Source of the DNA: Minisyncoccota bacterium
Lineage (GTDB): Bacteria > Patescibacteriota > Minisyncoccia > Phycocordibacterales > JACRKE01
Assembly (NCBI GenBank): GCA_041660505.1
Contig: JBAZWG010000001.1
Location: 115,979-179,978 of the forward strand
DNA: 64,000 nt
Direction of reading: 5' to 3'
The translations under genes and the position numbers were made by a program. Below the pieces are notes generated by a model that was not told the origin of the DNA, made no database searches, and saw only the letters and a program-made list of their open reading frames with translations. Positions 27,666 through 38,517 of the stretch are shown piece by piece (position 1 is the first letter of the stretch; the number at the start of each line of letters is the position of its first letter).

Positions 27666-28226
27666 ATGAACAGAACAATTGGAAACCTATTGATAACTCC
27701 TTTCCTGATCCTAATCTTGATCTTGGGGGTGACGCAGTGCGGAAGGACTCCGGCTTCGCCCGCCAGTATAACCACCCAGGCTCCGGCCGTCCCCGTCCAG
27801 ATCTGGGCCGGGCACGAAGTCTGGAAGGCCACTAGGACTTTCATACCGACCACACCCAGATTCGTCTGGGGAAAGGATGGTAAGTCCTTCCGTGGCTGGG
27901 AGAAATCAAGAGACAGCGAGTACATCGCCCGCTACTGGTCGACGAGAATGACTCGTGACACCACCACCCATCGCGCATTCGAATATGTCAGCGAAGGGAA
28001 TTGTGTCACGACTGGTGTAATTGACTTCCACAAGTCTTGTGGCAAGTCAAGAGAGACCACGCCGGAATTCATAACGGCTCGAGTGGTCGCCAGAGTAGAC
28101 GCGGCGTACACCTACGAGCCGGAGAACGCGGAAGAAGGCGGGTGTAAAATCACCCTCAACTTCCGCAACGTCGAGCTCTGGCGACCCGAGGACATCCCAC
28201 CACGTGTCCTCGACCAGATGCCTTGA
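27666..28226 (+). CDS. Putative lipoprotein (hypothetical), GC-rich
   Basis: Signal peptide with lipobox-like LGVTQC. Four Cys. Noticeably higher GC than flanking DNA. 5 nt downstream of the SPFH gene. Confidence 0.5.
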   Translation: MNRTIGNLLITPFLILILILGVTQCGRTPASPASITTQAPAVPVQIWAGHEVWKATRTFIPTTPRFVWGKDGKSFRGWEKSRDSEYIARYWSTRMTRDTTTHRAFEYVSEGNCVTTGVIDFHKSCGKSRETTPEFITARVVARVDAAYTYEPENAEEGGCKITLNFRNVELWRPEDIPPRVLDQMP

Positions 28227-28328
28227 TGTCATCGTCTAACTAAAGGAGAGTGATTCTATAGATTTTCACGAGCCCCGGAGGTTACATTCATAAGAATGGA
28301 CACCGGGGTTTTGTGCTTCTTGCCACTT

Positions 28329-30803
28329 TTACAAACAGGTAAGAGAAGCGATCGAGTCCCCTTCGCGGAGCTTCATTATTCTCACGCCTTGGGTTTGGCG
28401 ACCTAATGTCGGGATTTGCTTGATTTCTGTTCTTATCACTTGGCCGTTCTTGGAGATGGCGATAATTTCATTCTCTACGTCCGGCGTTATTATGCGGGCC
28501 ACCATTACCTTCCCCGTCTTCGGCGTAACTTTCGATGTCTTAATACCGGAACCGCCTCTGTGTTGAGTTTTATATTCCTTGGCCGCCGTCATCTTGCCAT
28601 AGCCGTTCTCGCTCATGATGAGGAACTTCACTTCTTTATTGGATTTCTTGACTACATCCGCGCCGACGATAAAATCATTTTTCTTGAATTTCATTGCGCG
28701 CACACCTGTTGCATTCCTGCCCATCTCGCGCACATCTGATTCTTTAAATCGTATCGATTGGCCGAGCGAAGTTGAGAGAATTATATCGTCACCTTTCTCG
28801 ACGAATAGTGCGCCCATGAGCTGGTCACCATCATCAAGCTTAATTGCGATAAGCCCGCTCCGGCGCACGTCTTTGAAGTTCTCGGCCGCCACTTTCTTGA
28901 TTGTCCCCTGCTTCGTAATAAGTGCGAGTGAAAGCGAGGCTTGCTCCTTGGCCGCCTTGGGCATGGCGAGCACAGATGTAACTCGCTCGCTCTCGCCTAG
29001 CGAGACGAAGTTCATAATTGATTTGCCGCGCGTAGCACGCTTGCCTTCCGGTAACTCGAACATCTTGAGCTGATAGGCCTTGCCTTTGTCGGAGAAGAAC
29101 AAAATGTCACTATGAGTATTCGCGGTAACGAAGTTGGTGATGAAGTCTTCTTCTTTCGTATCCAGATCAATGACGCCGACGCCACCTCTGCGTTGGACGC
29201 GGTACTCGGCCGGGTCGGTGCGCTTAACGTATCCGCCGGAAGTAAGGACCAGTACGTTGTCTGCCTCGGGCACCAAGTCCTCATCGCGAATCTCCTTGAC
29301 TCCGCCCTTGACCACGCGCGTTCTGCGCTCGTCGCCGTATTTGATTATCAATTCTTCAAATTCTTTCTTGATGACGCCGAGCATTTTCTTGGTGCTCGCG
29401 AGAATTTCTTTGAGCTCGGCAATGAGTAGCTGGAGTGCTCCAAGCTCGTCTTCTATTTTCTTACGTTCGAGGCCGGCAAGTCTTTGCAATTTCATTTCGA
29501 GAATCGCCGTCGCCTGGAGTGCAGAGAATTTGAATCTGGCGATAAGTGCCGCGTGCGCCTCGGGACCGTCTTTGGACTTTCTGATTATTTTTATTACTTC
29601 ATCAATGAAATCAAGTGCCTTTTTCAAACCAAGCAAAATGTGTTCGCGCTCCTCCGCCTTGCGCAGGTCGAAAGCCGTGCGACGCTTGACCACCTCTTGA
29701 CGGTGCTTGAGGAACTCTTCGAGGATAGTGCGGAGCGAGAGTATCTTCGGCACGCCATTCACCAAGGCGAGCATGTTGTAGTTGAAGGCCTGCTCGAGGT
29801 CGGTGTGCTTGTATAAAAAGTTAAGAACCTTCTGCGGATAAGTCGCGTTTTTGAGGTCTATCACGATGCGCGTGTCGTTCGTCGATTCATTGCGGATGTC
29901 CTTGATACCTTCCAATTTTTTCTCATGCACGAGGTCGGCGATCTTCACAATAAGCTCCGAACGATTGACCTGATACGGTATCGAGGTGATGACAATCTGG
30001 AAGGTACCGGCTTTATTCTCGACTATCTCGGCCTCACCGCGCACAATGACACCGCCGCGGCCGGTCGCATAAGCGTGATTAATGTCTGCCTGATTGAAAA
30101 TGACTCCGCCCGTCGGGAAGTCGGGGCCCTTCACGAACTTAAGCAAATCTTCCGTCGTCGCGTCTTTGTTCTCAATAAGATGAATCAGTGCCTCGAGAAC
30201 TTCTTTAAGATTGTGTGGCGGGATCTTGGTTGCCATGCCCACGGCAATACCAAGCGTACCGTTCAAGAGCAGGTTTGGCAGAGTGGTCGGGAAGACTGTG
30301 GGCTCTTTGCGCGTCGCATCGTAGTTCGGTATCCATTCCACAGTCTCCTTCTCGATGTCTCGCAAGAGTTCCTCGGTAATCTTCGACATCTTGGCCTCGG
30401 TATAACGGTGCGCCGCTGCCGAGTCACCTTCGATAGAGCCGAAGTTACCTTGGCCGGCCACGAGCGGGTAGCGCATGTAGAATTCCTGCTTCAGCTTGAC
30501 CATCGCGTCATATACCGCCACGTCGCCGTGAGGGTGATACTTCGCCAGCACATCGCCGACGACAGCTGCCGACTTGCGGAATTTGGCGGAGGTGGTGAGC
30601 CCGAGCTCATGCATCACAAATAAAATTCTGCGGTGCACAGGCTTCAAACCGTCTCTAACGTCAGGAAGTGCGCGTGAGACAATAACAGACATCGCGTAGT
30701 CGAGGTACGACACGCGCATCTCCGGCACGATGTTCATCTTAATGACGTTCACATGCGGAGTGACCGGCTGGTTATTCTCTTTGTTTTTATTTTTGTCCGC
30801 CAT
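28329..30803 (-). CDS. gyrA: DNA gyrase subunit A
   Basis: [25 protein letters not shown] (active-site Tyr region) and C-terminal beta-pinwheel repeats. Confidence 0.95.
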   Translation of the reverse strand: MADKNKNKENNQPVTPHVNVIKMNIVPEMRVSYLDYAMSVIVSRALPDVRDGLKPVHRRILFVMHELGLTTSAKFRKSAAVVGDVLAKYHPHGDVAVYDAMVKLKQEFYMRYPLVAGQGNFGSIEGDSAAAHRYTEAKMSKITEELLRDIEKETVEWIPNYDATRKEPTVFPTTLPNLLLNGTLGIAVGMATKIPPHNLKEVLEALIHLIENKDATTEDLLKFVKGPDFPTGGVIFNQADINHAYATGRGGVIVRGEAEIVENKAGTFQIVITSIPYQVNRSELIVKIADLVHEKKLEGIKDIRNESTNDTRIVIDLKNATYPQKVLNFLYKHTDLEQAFNYNMLALVNGVPKILSLRTILEEFLKHRQEVVKRRTAFDLRKAEEREHILLGLKKALDFIDEVIKIIRKSKDGPEAHAALIARFKFSALQATAILEMKLQRLAGLERKKIEDELGALQLLIAELKEILASTKKMLGVIKKEFEELIIKYGDERRTRVVKGGVKEIRDEDLVPEADNVLVLTSGGYVKRTDPAEYRVQRRGGVGVIDLDTKEEDFITNFVTANTHSDILFFSDKGKAYQLKMFELPEGKRATRGKSIMNFVSLGESERVTSVLAMPKAAKEQASLSLALITKQGTIKKVAAENFKDVRRSGLIAIKLDDGDQLMGALFVEKGDDIILSTSLGQSIRFKESDVREMGRNATGVRAMKFKKNDFIVGADVVKKSNKEVKFLIMSENGYGKMTAAKEYKTQHRGGSGIKTSKVTPKTGKVMVARIITPDVENEIIAISKNGQVIRTEIKQIPTLGRQTQGVRIMKLREGDSIASLTCL

Positions 30804-31017
30804 TCTGTAAGTTATTGATTACATTCTTTATATAGTCTATCGGGCTCATCGAAGTGGCGGGTTGGCTATTGGAGCCGTTGTTAAGGGTATAACTGAAGTT
30901 GACAGCCCAGATCGCGAAGACTACTGCCATGCATAATCCGAGCACCACATACATAATCTGCCGGCGGGTATGTTCCGGCTTGGCCTGCACCTTTTCTATT
31001 GTATCTAAAATACTCAT
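30787..31017 (-). CDS. Small membrane protein (hypothetical), overlaps the gyrA start
   Basis: Single TM ([19 protein letters not shown]). 76 aa. Confidence 0.35.
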   Translation of the reverse strand: MSILDTIEKVQAKPEHTRRQIMYVVLGLCMAVVFAIWAVNFSYTLNNGSNSQPATSMSPIDYIKNVINNLQNGGQK

Positions 31018-31044
31018 TTCCTTTCAACTTTTAAACTTTCAACT

Positions 31045-31689
31045 TTATGAACTTACGGGATCTATAATAACAACGTCTCCCTCTTTGCCCTCCAAGTCTT
31101 TCTTGCGTAAAGTGAGCTTATCGATAGGCTTGGCACCCTCATCACCGTAGGCTTTTAAAAATTGCTGGAGTAGCGCCTTGTCAATTCCCTTCACACCGGC
31201 GTGCATCGGGATGACAAGCTTGGGTTCGAGCGTTGTTGCCACATCGGCCGCCATCGCTGGCGTCAAAACTTCTCCGCCCGTTATCGGTACAAACAAGAGG
31301 TCAATCTCGCCAAGTTGCTCGATAACGTCTGCAGAAATATCTTTTACGTTAAGTGCGCCCAAATGACAAAGTCTGGCCCCTTCGAACAATACAGAATATA
31401 TTGTGTTGAACTTTTTCTCATTATTTACCACCTGCTCTATCCCAACGCCTTTTATATAGATATCTTTAGTCTCATATTCACCCGGACCGTCGACGACAAA
31501 AGGCACTTTACTGCCGAAGGTGCATTCCGAAATGCCATTGTAGTCCGGATGATGCATCGAGACCATAACGAGGTCGGCACCGAATTTACTGCCTTTATAG
31601 GCTGACTCTTTAGAGACCGGATTGAAGGCAATAATAGTGTCGCCGAATTGGATCTTGTACGAGGCGAGTCCGTAATAGGTAATAACCAT
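31045..31689 (-). CDS. MBL-fold metallo-hydrolase
   Basis: HxHxDH-type motif (SMHHPDYNG) and a downstream His/Asp. 214 aa. Confidence 0.7.
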   Translation of the reverse strand: MVITYYGLASYKIQFGDTIIAFNPVSKESAYKGSKFGADLVMVSMHHPDYNGISECTFGSKVPFVVDGPGEYETKDIYIKGVGIEQVVNNEKKFNTIYSVLFEGARLCHLGALNVKDISADVIEQLGEIDLLFVPITGGEVLTPAMAADVATTLEPKLVIPMHAGVKGIDKALLQQFLKAYGDEGAKPIDKLTLRKKDLEGKEGDVVIIDPVSS

Positions 31690-31720
31690 AGGGCTATATT
31701 ATAGCAAAAAATAGGCTCTT

Positions 31721-32179
31721 CTACAAGCCGGAAATTAGATCGCCGACACGTACGCCGTGCCTGTCCGCCCAGCCGGCGGAGAGCTCTATAACGCCGTTAA
31801 CGTGAGCCGGGGATTCATAAATTTTCGGAACGTCGGCAGGCAAAGGAATGTTGCGCTCGATGCCAAGCACTCGGCCGTTCGCCACCCAGACAAGATCAAA
31901 AGGCATAAGCATTCCTTTGTTCCAGAACTTCGTATTTATAGGCTTGGGGAATGTGAAAATCATTCCTTCATCATCATCAAGAGACGCTACCCCCATCAGC
32001 CCGCGTTCCTGATCCGCTGGTGTCTCGGCCATTCGTGCATTAATAGTCTCGCCTGCAAGCTCTATCTCTGTAACGCGCATCTCGGCGTAGGCCTTAGGCT
32101 GATAATATTTCTGCGTGAAGAAAATAATAACTCCCGCGACAATAAGCACGAGCAAAAAATAAAGTTGTTTTTTATGCAT
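31721..32179 (-). CDS. DUF192 (COG1430) domain protein, secreted/membrane-anchored
   Basis: TM, then GLMGV...DDEGMIFTF...FWNKGMLMPFDLVWV motifs typical of DUF192. Start at the internal Met (MHKKQLYFLL). Confidence 0.6.
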   Translation of the reverse strand: MHKKQLYFLLVLIVAGVIIFFTQKYYQPKAYAEMRVTEIELAGETINARMAETPADQERGLMGVASLDDDEGMIFTFPKPINTKFWNKGMLMPFDLVWVANGRVLGIERNIPLPADVPKIYESPAHVNGVIELSAGWADRHGVRVGDLISGL

Positions 32180-32378
32180 GGAGTAATCGTAACATGCCGA
32201 GCTTAGACATCTTGTGGATAACACTGTCGCCTCGCCGGCGACCCGCCGTAGAGGCGGGTGGACAAATGAATGAAAATACTGTAATATCTTGCCATTAGTA
32301 ATTAAAAAGCCGGTAGACCCCCGGCACTGCCACATAGATGGCTAGCTCGAAAGAGTAATTAACGGGTCTTTTGTATTT

Positions 32379-33554
32379 ATGGCTATGAACGCAGTTGCAG
32401 ACATTATCCAGGCAGAAGAGGAGCAGGGATTGCTCCCATCTTCGCAGATGACAGAGGTTTTGAATAAAACACGCGGGCTCCCGAATGTCGGCGAGCTTAT
32501 CGAAGGCGAAGTTTTGGGTCACGGCAAACTTACTCTATATATAGACTTGGGCGTACTGGGCACGGGCATTATCTACGGTCGCGAATATTTGAACGCGCGC
32601 GATGTAATCAAGAAGATTAATCCCGGCGACAAAATTACGGCGAAGGTTGTTGGTCTCGAAGACGAGGTGAGCGGTTATATAGAGCTCTCGCTTAAAGAAG
32701 CGCGCCAAGCGGCCATCTGGAAGGAAGCAGAAGCGGCTATCACCAACAAAACTCCGCTCGAGATTGCAGTGAAGGACGCGAACAAAGGCGGGCTCATTAT
32801 GGACTGGCAAGGTATCATGGGCTTCTTGCCGGCATCTCAACTCAAGAGCGAGCACTACCCGCGCGTAGCCGACGGCGACAAGGACAAGATCATGGGCGAG
32901 CTCAAGAACTTGATAGGCAAGAAACTGACGGTTGCGATAATCGCCGCCGACCCCAAGGAAGGCAAGCTCATCTTCTCCGAGAAGGGCGCATCGCAGAAAG
33001 AAAAAATCGAGATGATCAGCAAGTATCACGTGGGCGACGTTGTGACCGGCGAGGTGACCGGCGCCGTTGACTTCGGCATCTTTATGAAAGTTGAAGATGG
33101 ACTCGAAGGCTTGGTACACATCTCTGAAATAGACTGGGCACTTGTCGAGAATCCTCGCGCGCTTTACAAAGTCGGCGACAAGATCGAGGTTAAGATAATC
33201 GAAATCAAGGACGGCAAACTCTCGCTCTCTATTAAATCCCTCAAAGAAAATCCGTGGAAAAAATCGGAGGCAAAATATAAGAAGGGCACTGAAGTTAAGG
33301 GTGTACTTATTCGTTACAACAAACACGGCGCATTGGTCTCTATCGAAGAGGGTATCGCCGGCTTGGTGCATGTCTCGGAATTCGAATCGCTCGAGAAGAT
33401 GAAGGCCAAGCTCGAGCTCGGCAAGTCGTACAACTTCTTCATCACTATGTTCGACGCCAAGGATCAACGCATGGCACTCTCGCTTAACGATCCATCGAAG
33501 GCGAAGAAAGTGGAGGAGAAACCGGCCGAGACGACAGAAGCAAAAGCAGAATAA
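32379..33554 (+). CDS. rpsA: 30S ribosomal protein S1 (four S1 domains)
   Basis: Repeated S1/OB modules (GEVLGHGKLTLYIDLG, GDVVTGEVTGAVDFGIFMKV, GTEVKGVLIRYNKHGALVSI). Confidence 0.8.
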   Translation: MAMNAVADIIQAEEEQGLLPSSQMTEVLNKTRGLPNVGELIEGEVLGHGKLTLYIDLGVLGTGIIYGREYLNARDVIKKINPGDKITAKVVGLEDEVSGYIELSLKEARQAAIWKEAEAAITNKTPLEIAVKDANKGGLIMDWQGIMGFLPASQLKSEHYPRVADGDKDKIMGELKNLIGKKLTVAIIAADPKEGKLIFSEKGASQKEKIEMISKYHVGDVVTGEVTGAVDFGIFMKVEDGLEGLVHISEIDWALVENPRALYKVGDKIEVKIIEIKDGKLSLSIKSLKENPWKKSEAKYKKGTEVKGVLIRYNKHGALVSIEEGIAGLVHVSEFESLEKMKAKLELGKSYNFFITMFDAKDQRMALSLNDPSKAKKVEEKPAETTEAKAE

Positions 33555-33595
33555 TTCAAATTATTCACAGCCTCCCAACTTCCAACTCCTATCTC

Positions 33596-34225
33596 CTAAC
33601 TCCTATTATATTCCCCCATTGCTCTATCACGGCCTTCGGTGATTATTGCCGTAAGTGCTTCTGCCGCTCTCTTGGCGATTTTCTTGAACTCTTCGGATTC
33701 AGCTTTAGAAAATTTGCCTAATATAAGATCAATGACCGCATCCTCGCCTATCGGCTTTTTGAGTTTGCCGGACGGCGTTACCTTCGACACGCCAACACGC
33801 ACGCGAGTGAATGCTTCAGATCCTAGAACCTTCACTACAGACTTGAGCCCGTTATGCCCGCCGGGACCACGATTGTACGAAACTCGTAAAGTACCAATCG
33901 GCAGGTCAATGTCATCGTGCACGATAATTAAATTCTCGTAAAACTTTTTACCTTTCGTGATCTTGCGTCCGAGCAAAGTCGGACTTACTGCCCCGACGCT
34001 CTTTCCGGAATTATTCATGAACGTCTCTGGTTGCATGAGCAGTACACCGATCCTTTCAACTTTCCCCTTTGTAACTTTCGACTGTGTCTTTTTATCACTC
34101 TCCCATTCAGCCAGCTCATAAACTTTCCTAAATTGCTCAAGCACAATCCGCCCGACATTATGCCGCGTCTGTTCGTACTCTTCCCCCGGATTCCCCAAAC
34201 CCACGATTACAAAGTTTTTTGCCAT
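33596..34225 (-). CDS. pth: Peptidyl-tRNA hydrolase
   Basis: VIVGLGNPGEEYEQTRHNVG, IIVHDDIDLPIGTLR, GGHNGLKS. Confidence 0.9.
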   Translation of the reverse strand: MAKNFVIVGLGNPGEEYEQTRHNVGRIVLEQFRKVYELAEWESDKKTQSKVTKGKVERIGVLLMQPETFMNNSGKSVGAVSPTLLGRKITKGKKFYENLIIVHDDIDLPIGTLRVSYNRGPGGHNGLKSVVKVLGSEAFTRVRVGVSKVTPSGKLKKPIGEDAVIDLILGKFSKAESEEFKKIAKRAAEALTAIITEGRDRAMGEYNRS

Positions 34226-34311
34226 AAATTTAGAGTTGACTTTTTATTTTTATTTCTGCTATAATACAACTGTTCATTAGAAAGCGCCGGCCTGTACGGC
34301 GTTTTCCTTTT

Positions 34312-34917
34312 TTACAGATCTTTTTTGATTCTATACTTCCAGTCATTAAGGTCAATAAAATTGACTTTTCCTCGTTTTTCTTTAATCAACTCTCGTAACT
34401 TTGACGAAAATCTTGAGGTAAAATACCTTGGACCAATTCTGCTCTTCCTAGCACTAGAAGCAATGTAGATTTTAACCCCTTTTTCCACTAAGTCTCGCAT
34501 TAAGTATTCAAAGTCTCCGTCACCTGTAAAAATAAGAAATTCTGTGTGTGGACTTGCGTACTTTTCTGCATCAACAGTCAGTTCAACATCGCAATTTGAT
34601 TTCCATTTTACACCCCCTTCTATGGTATGATTAATGCCAGTTGAACAATTAGGGCATTTTATATTGATGACAGAGTCTTTGTTTTTATATATAAAAAATG
34701 GTTTTGCGCGCATGGCATAACCAAGCTTTGCTAGCTCTTCATATTCCTGGATGAGTGAATCATTTCCTTGTTGTATACCGGAGTAAAAGAAAATCTTTTC
34801 GCACTGCCATTTGTCGGCAAGATAGGCATGCATCTTTCTCCAGTCGATAACAAAGCCAAGCAACTTGTTCGCTGTGGTTTCTGTGTTTTGAACGTCGATA
34901 AAGGCGACGCGAGACAT
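34312..34917 (-). CDS. NYN/LabA-like (PIN-fold) domain protein
   Basis: VAFIDVQN...DVELTVDA...FTGDGDFEYLMRDLVEKGVKIYIASS plus a CPNC zinc-ribbon-like insert. Start at the internal Met. Confidence 0.6.
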   Translation of the reverse strand: MSRVAFIDVQNTETTANKLLGFVIDWRKMHAYLADKWQCEKIFFYSGIQQGNDSLIQEYEELAKLGYAMRAKPFFIYKNKDSVINIKCPNCSTGINHTIEGGVKWKSNCDVELTVDAEKYASPHTEFLIFTGDGDFEYLMRDLVEKGVKIYIASSARKSRIGPRYFTSRFSSKLRELIKEKRGKVNFIDLNDWKYRIKKDL

Positions 34918-35117
34918 GCTTTTGCATTGTACCAAATCAAGGCCTACAATAAGGCCTTTTTCGTGTTCATACCCAATACTTGACAAAACTGTCAATAGTG
35001 TGCTACTGTTATAGGTAGCTTTTTGACATTCTTACCAACCTCAAACCGCACGGGGTCTTCGGGCGCGCGACAAACGCTTGCGCGCAAATAAGCTGCCATC
35101 TTTGGCAGAAAGGAGAC

Positions 35118-35635
35118 CTGTGTTAGAAACCATCCCGGAACTCGAGTCCCGGCGGGTTGAGGTAGAAGAGGGGACGATTTTCGTCTCCTTCGGCGGCATG
35201 GCTGGGTCACTCCTCGACTCTGAGTCGTGGATCGGGATCAGCGGCATGGCCCATGAGGTGAGTTTCAGGGTCATGAGCGATGGGGAAGTCCAGCTGGGGG
35301 AATGGTTCGACGCTGATCCGTTCAGCGACGATGTCTCCGGTTGGCAACGTTGGGTAGGTTACCAAACAACGCCGCTGAATAAGGCGGTCTACTGTTTGGG
35401 TAACACCCGAGAAGTTTCCTACGGGAGACTTTTCGGAGTAACAACCCACGAGTGGCTCTTTGGGGAAGATAAGGGTCTCCCGGCCATTCGAGCGGAATTC
35501 CCAGGCGCAAGGGTCCTGTACCTCACGGCCGAGGGAGTGTTCGTCGAGGGGGCGAAGTCGTTGGTCACGAAGTGCGACAACGACGACAGCGTCGGGTGCG
35601 TGGAAATCCACGTACAAGCCGACTTTCCCTGGTAA
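35118..35635 (+). CDS. Hypothetical protein in a GC-rich islet (GTG start after AGGAGA)
   Basis: Strong GC3 bias, unlike its neighbours. AGGAGA RBS 5 nt upstream of GTG. Followed by a hairpin plus T-run terminator at 35645-35685. Confidence 0.4.
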
Positions 35636-35644
35636 GACTTTTTT

Positions 35645-35685
35645 AAGCGCTCTGGTTCGTCCGGAGCGCTTTTCTGTTTTTATCC
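35645..35685 (+). terminator. Intrinsic terminator (AAGCGCTC-loop-GAGCGCTT followed by TTTTCTGTTTTT)
   Basis: 8-bp GC-rich stem followed by a U-tract. Confidence 0.5.
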
Positions 35686-35720
35686 GTCCCTACCGACGAG
35701 GTTCAACCTCGGCGGTAAAA

Positions 35721-35786
35721 GATTGGCGGCAAGGAGAGACCTCTTCCCTTTTTCTTCGCAAAATTCCTTAAGGACTCACCTTACCG
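35721..35786. repeat. Repeat family C related copy
   Basis: GATTGGCGGCAAGGAGAGACCTCTTCCC and TTAAGGACTCACCTTACCG. Confidence 0.4.
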
Positions 35787-35868
35787 TCAAAAAATATTTT
35801 TTATCCCCTTTTTCGTTCATTTCTCACGGTATCAGAAGTGTGCTATAATGCACAGATAATCCTCAATT

Positions 35869-36471
35869 TTGTCAAAAATGCCTGAAGAAAAGCCTAAAGA
35901 AAACGTGAATACGGAATCTGACACAATGACCATAAAAGACTTTATCATCGAAGTGATAAAGTTCTTCGTCTTGGCGCTTGTTATTGTCCTCCCCATCCGC
36001 GCCTATGTGGCCCAGCCGTTCATTGTGAGCGGGACATCGATGGTGCCAACTTTCGAAGACGGCCAATATCTGATTATAGACGAACTTTCTTATCGCTTTC
36101 ATGAGCCGGCGCGGGGGGACGTCATTATCTTTAAATATCCGCTCGACCCTTCCAAGTTCTTCATCAAGCGCGTTATTGGCTTACCTGGCGAGACTGTAAC
36201 AATCAAGAATGGCGACGTCAGTATCACAGAGGCTGGTGGCAAGACTATCACGCTCGACCAATCGTATGTGAAATTTCCGCGTGTTGATTCAGAAATTAGC
36301 ATCCTAGGCAAAGATGAATATTGGGTAATGGGCGACAATCGCTCCGCGTCATCAGACTCACGAAGCTGGGGAGCCATCACACGAGAGCATATTGTGGGGG
36401 TTGCGGCTCTGCGCCTCTTCCCCCTTTCCGGAATTTCCGTATTACCAGGTAAAGTAACTTACAAAAATTAA
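35869..36471 (+). CDS. lepB: Signal peptidase I
   Basis: SGTSMVPT (Ser box), KRVIGLPGE (Lys box) and GDNRSASSDSR (box E). Confidence 0.85.
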   Translation: MSKMPEEKPKENVNTESDTMTIKDFIIEVIKFFVLALVIVLPIRAYVAQPFIVSGTSMVPTFEDGQYLIIDELSYRFHEPARGDVIIFKYPLDPSKFFIKRVIGLPGETVTIKNGDVSITEAGGKTITLDQSYVKFPRVDSEISILGKDEYWVMGDNRSASSDSRSWGAITREHIVGVAALRLFPLSGISVLPGKVTYKN

Positions 36472-36474
36472 ATT

Positions 36475-37797
36475 ATGAAAAAAGAATTAAAGAAAATTGG
36501 TGGCGCGCTGAAGGATCCGGCGCAAACCGCGAAGGGTATGCGCGACTTGATCGGCGAGGAGCTCTTCGGCTTCCAAGGATTCTTCGAGAAAGCGGCCGAG
36601 GTCGCGCTCTACTACGGCTTCAAGCCGATCGAGACGCCGATCATGGAGGACATTCGCATCTATCTCTCCGGCCTGGGCGAAGGCACCGACGTTATCGACA
36701 AGCAATTATATTCGCTCAAGACGAAGGGTGGCGACTTGCTCGCCCTGCGCCCGGAGTTCACTGCCGGCGTCATGCGCAGTTATATCGAGCAAGGCATGCA
36801 ATCTTGGCCGCAACCGGTCCAGCTCTACAGCTACGGCGCCTGCTTCCGTCATGACAAACCGCAGAAGGGCCGCTACCGTCAGTTCTATCAATTCAATATG
36901 GAGATACTCGGCACCGACAAGAGTATAGCCGACGCCACCATCATTCGCTTGACCACGCTCATCTTGCAAGAGGCCGGCCTCGAGAACCTAACGCTCGAAA
37001 TAAATTCCATCGGCGACAAAGAATGCCGCCCAGCCTATCGCAAGGAATTGGTGAATTATTACAAGAAACATGTCGGTGAAATCTGTGCGGATTGTAAAGA
37101 GCGTTTGAAGACCAATCCTCTCCGTCTCCTCGATTGTAAAGAGGAGAAATGCCAGCCGATCAAAGCCGGTGCACCCACCTCTGTCTCTTTCCTTTGCGCC
37201 AACTGCAAACATCAGTTCAAAGAAGTGCTCGAATATCTCGAGACTTTGGGTGTCGAGTACACCATCAACAATCATCTCGTGCGCGGATTGGATTACTACA
37301 CCAAGACGGTGTTCGAGATTAAATTGCCGGACGCGACGAACGAAGACGGCTCAAAGACCGAGGGACTTTCCGTCGCCTCTGGTGGCCGCTACGACTACTT
37401 GGCCAAGGCGCTCGGCAGTAAAAAAGACGTGCCGGGCGTCGGTGTCGGCATCGGGACAGACCGCGTGCTGATGGACAAGCATGCAGACCTCGCTCCGCGC
37501 ATCGTGAAGAAGCCTAAGATGTACTTCATCCAGCTTGGCTTCGACGCGAAATTGAAGAGTTTGCTCGTTACCGAGATCTTGCGCAAGTGCAGGATTCCAG
37601 TTTCGCATTCTTTATCCAAGGACAGCTTGGGTGTTCAGCTCGGCATGGCGGAGAAGCTCGGCGTGCCATACGCCCTTATCTTGGGTCAACGCGAGGTCTT
37701 CGACAACACTATCATCGTCCGCAACATGACGAACAGGTCGCAAGAGATCGTCAAAATTGACAAACTGGCCGAATACTTGAAGAAAATCAAGTTTTAG
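36475..37797 (+). CDS. hisS: Histidine--tRNA ligase
   Basis: Class II motifs GMRDLIGEE, FRHDKPQKGRYRQFYQFNMEILG and GGRYD. C-terminal anticodon-binding domain. Confidence 0.9.
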   Translation: MKKELKKIGGALKDPAQTAKGMRDLIGEELFGFQGFFEKAAEVALYYGFKPIETPIMEDIRIYLSGLGEGTDVIDKQLYSLKTKGGDLLALRPEFTAGVMRSYIEQGMQSWPQPVQLYSYGACFRHDKPQKGRYRQFYQFNMEILGTDKSIADATIIRLTTLILQEAGLENLTLEINSIGDKECRPAYRKELVNYYKKHVGEICADCKERLKTNPLRLLDCKEEKCQPIKAGAPTSVSFLCANCKHQFKEVLEYLETLGVEYTINNHLVRGLDYYTKTVFEIKLPDATNEDGSKTEGLSVASGGRYDYLAKALGSKKDVPGVGVGIGTDRVLMDKHADLAPRIVKKPKMYFIQLGFDAKLKSLLVTEILRKCRIPVSHSLSKDSLGVQLGMAEKLGVPYALILGQREVFDNTIIVRNMTNRSQEIVKIDKLAEYLKKIKF

Positions 37798-37813
37798 GCT
37801 ATACTGCTCTCCT

Positions 37814-38062
37814 ATGATACAAGTAGAAGTCAAGAAAAACAGCAACGAAACTAATGCCTCGATTATTCGTCGCTTTACGAAGCGCGTTCAGGAATCCACG
37901 ATTCTGTCGACCGCTCGTTCACATCGCTACAAAGAACGCGATCCGTCATCCTACACAATGAAGAAGAAAGCTCTTAAGCGCATCAATCGCCATGTAGAAG
38001 TGACCCGCCTCAAGAAACTTGGGCTCATGGCGGAGCGTAAGCCGATGCAAGGCCATAAGTAG
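37814..38062 (+). CDS. rpsU: 30S ribosomal protein S21 (putative)
   Basis: 82-aa basic protein, IRRFTKRVQES...Y.KP...KKKALKR pattern. Confidence 0.5.
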   Translation: MIQVEVKKNSNETNASIIRRFTKRVQESTILSTARSHRYKERDPSSYTMKKKALKRINRHVEVTRLKKLGLMAERKPMQGHK

Positions 38063-38063
38063 A

Positions 38064-38456
38064 ATGACCGAAATAAAAAATCTCGCGACACCAAAGATCC
38101 CTGATATCCCCTTCGATGAGATTAAAAACAGCGCTTTGGGAAAAGAATATTCCTTGAGCGTTGTTTTCGTTCCGCACGGAGAATCCAATAGAATTAATAA
38201 AGAATACAGGAAGAAGAACAAGCCCACGAATATCCTAAGCTTCCCTTACACCTTCGAATCCGGCGAGATAGTGCTTTGCGCCGAGATGATAAAAGATGAG
38301 GCAGAGGAACACAAACTTTCGTACAAAGATTATCTGACTTACTTATATATTCACGGTCTGGTACACCTCGCCGGCTTCGACCATTCATTGCTTATGGAAA
38401 GGCGCGAAATAGAATTGCGCAAGAAATATCTGCCAGCAGATTTCGTCCGACCGTAA
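38064..38456 (+). CDS. ybeY: Endoribonuclease YbeY
   Basis: HGLVHLAGFDH zinc-binding motif. About 130 aa. Confidence 0.8.
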   Translation: MTEIKNLATPKIPDIPFDEIKNSALGKEYSLSVVFVPHGESNRINKEYRKKNKPTNILSFPYTFESGEIVLCAEMIKDEAEEHKLSYKDYLTYLYIHGLVHLAGFDHSLLMERREIELRKKYLPADFVRP

Positions 38457-38517
38457 CAGGGCGGTTTTGCACAGGTTTTTCTTTGTTGTTATTGTTTTGA
38501 GTGCTAAAATACGGAAC

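Noticed and set aside
32535-33467. 310-aa minus-strand ORF inside rpsA
   Set aside because: Antisense to the S1 gene. No motifs. The S1 reading is strongly supported.
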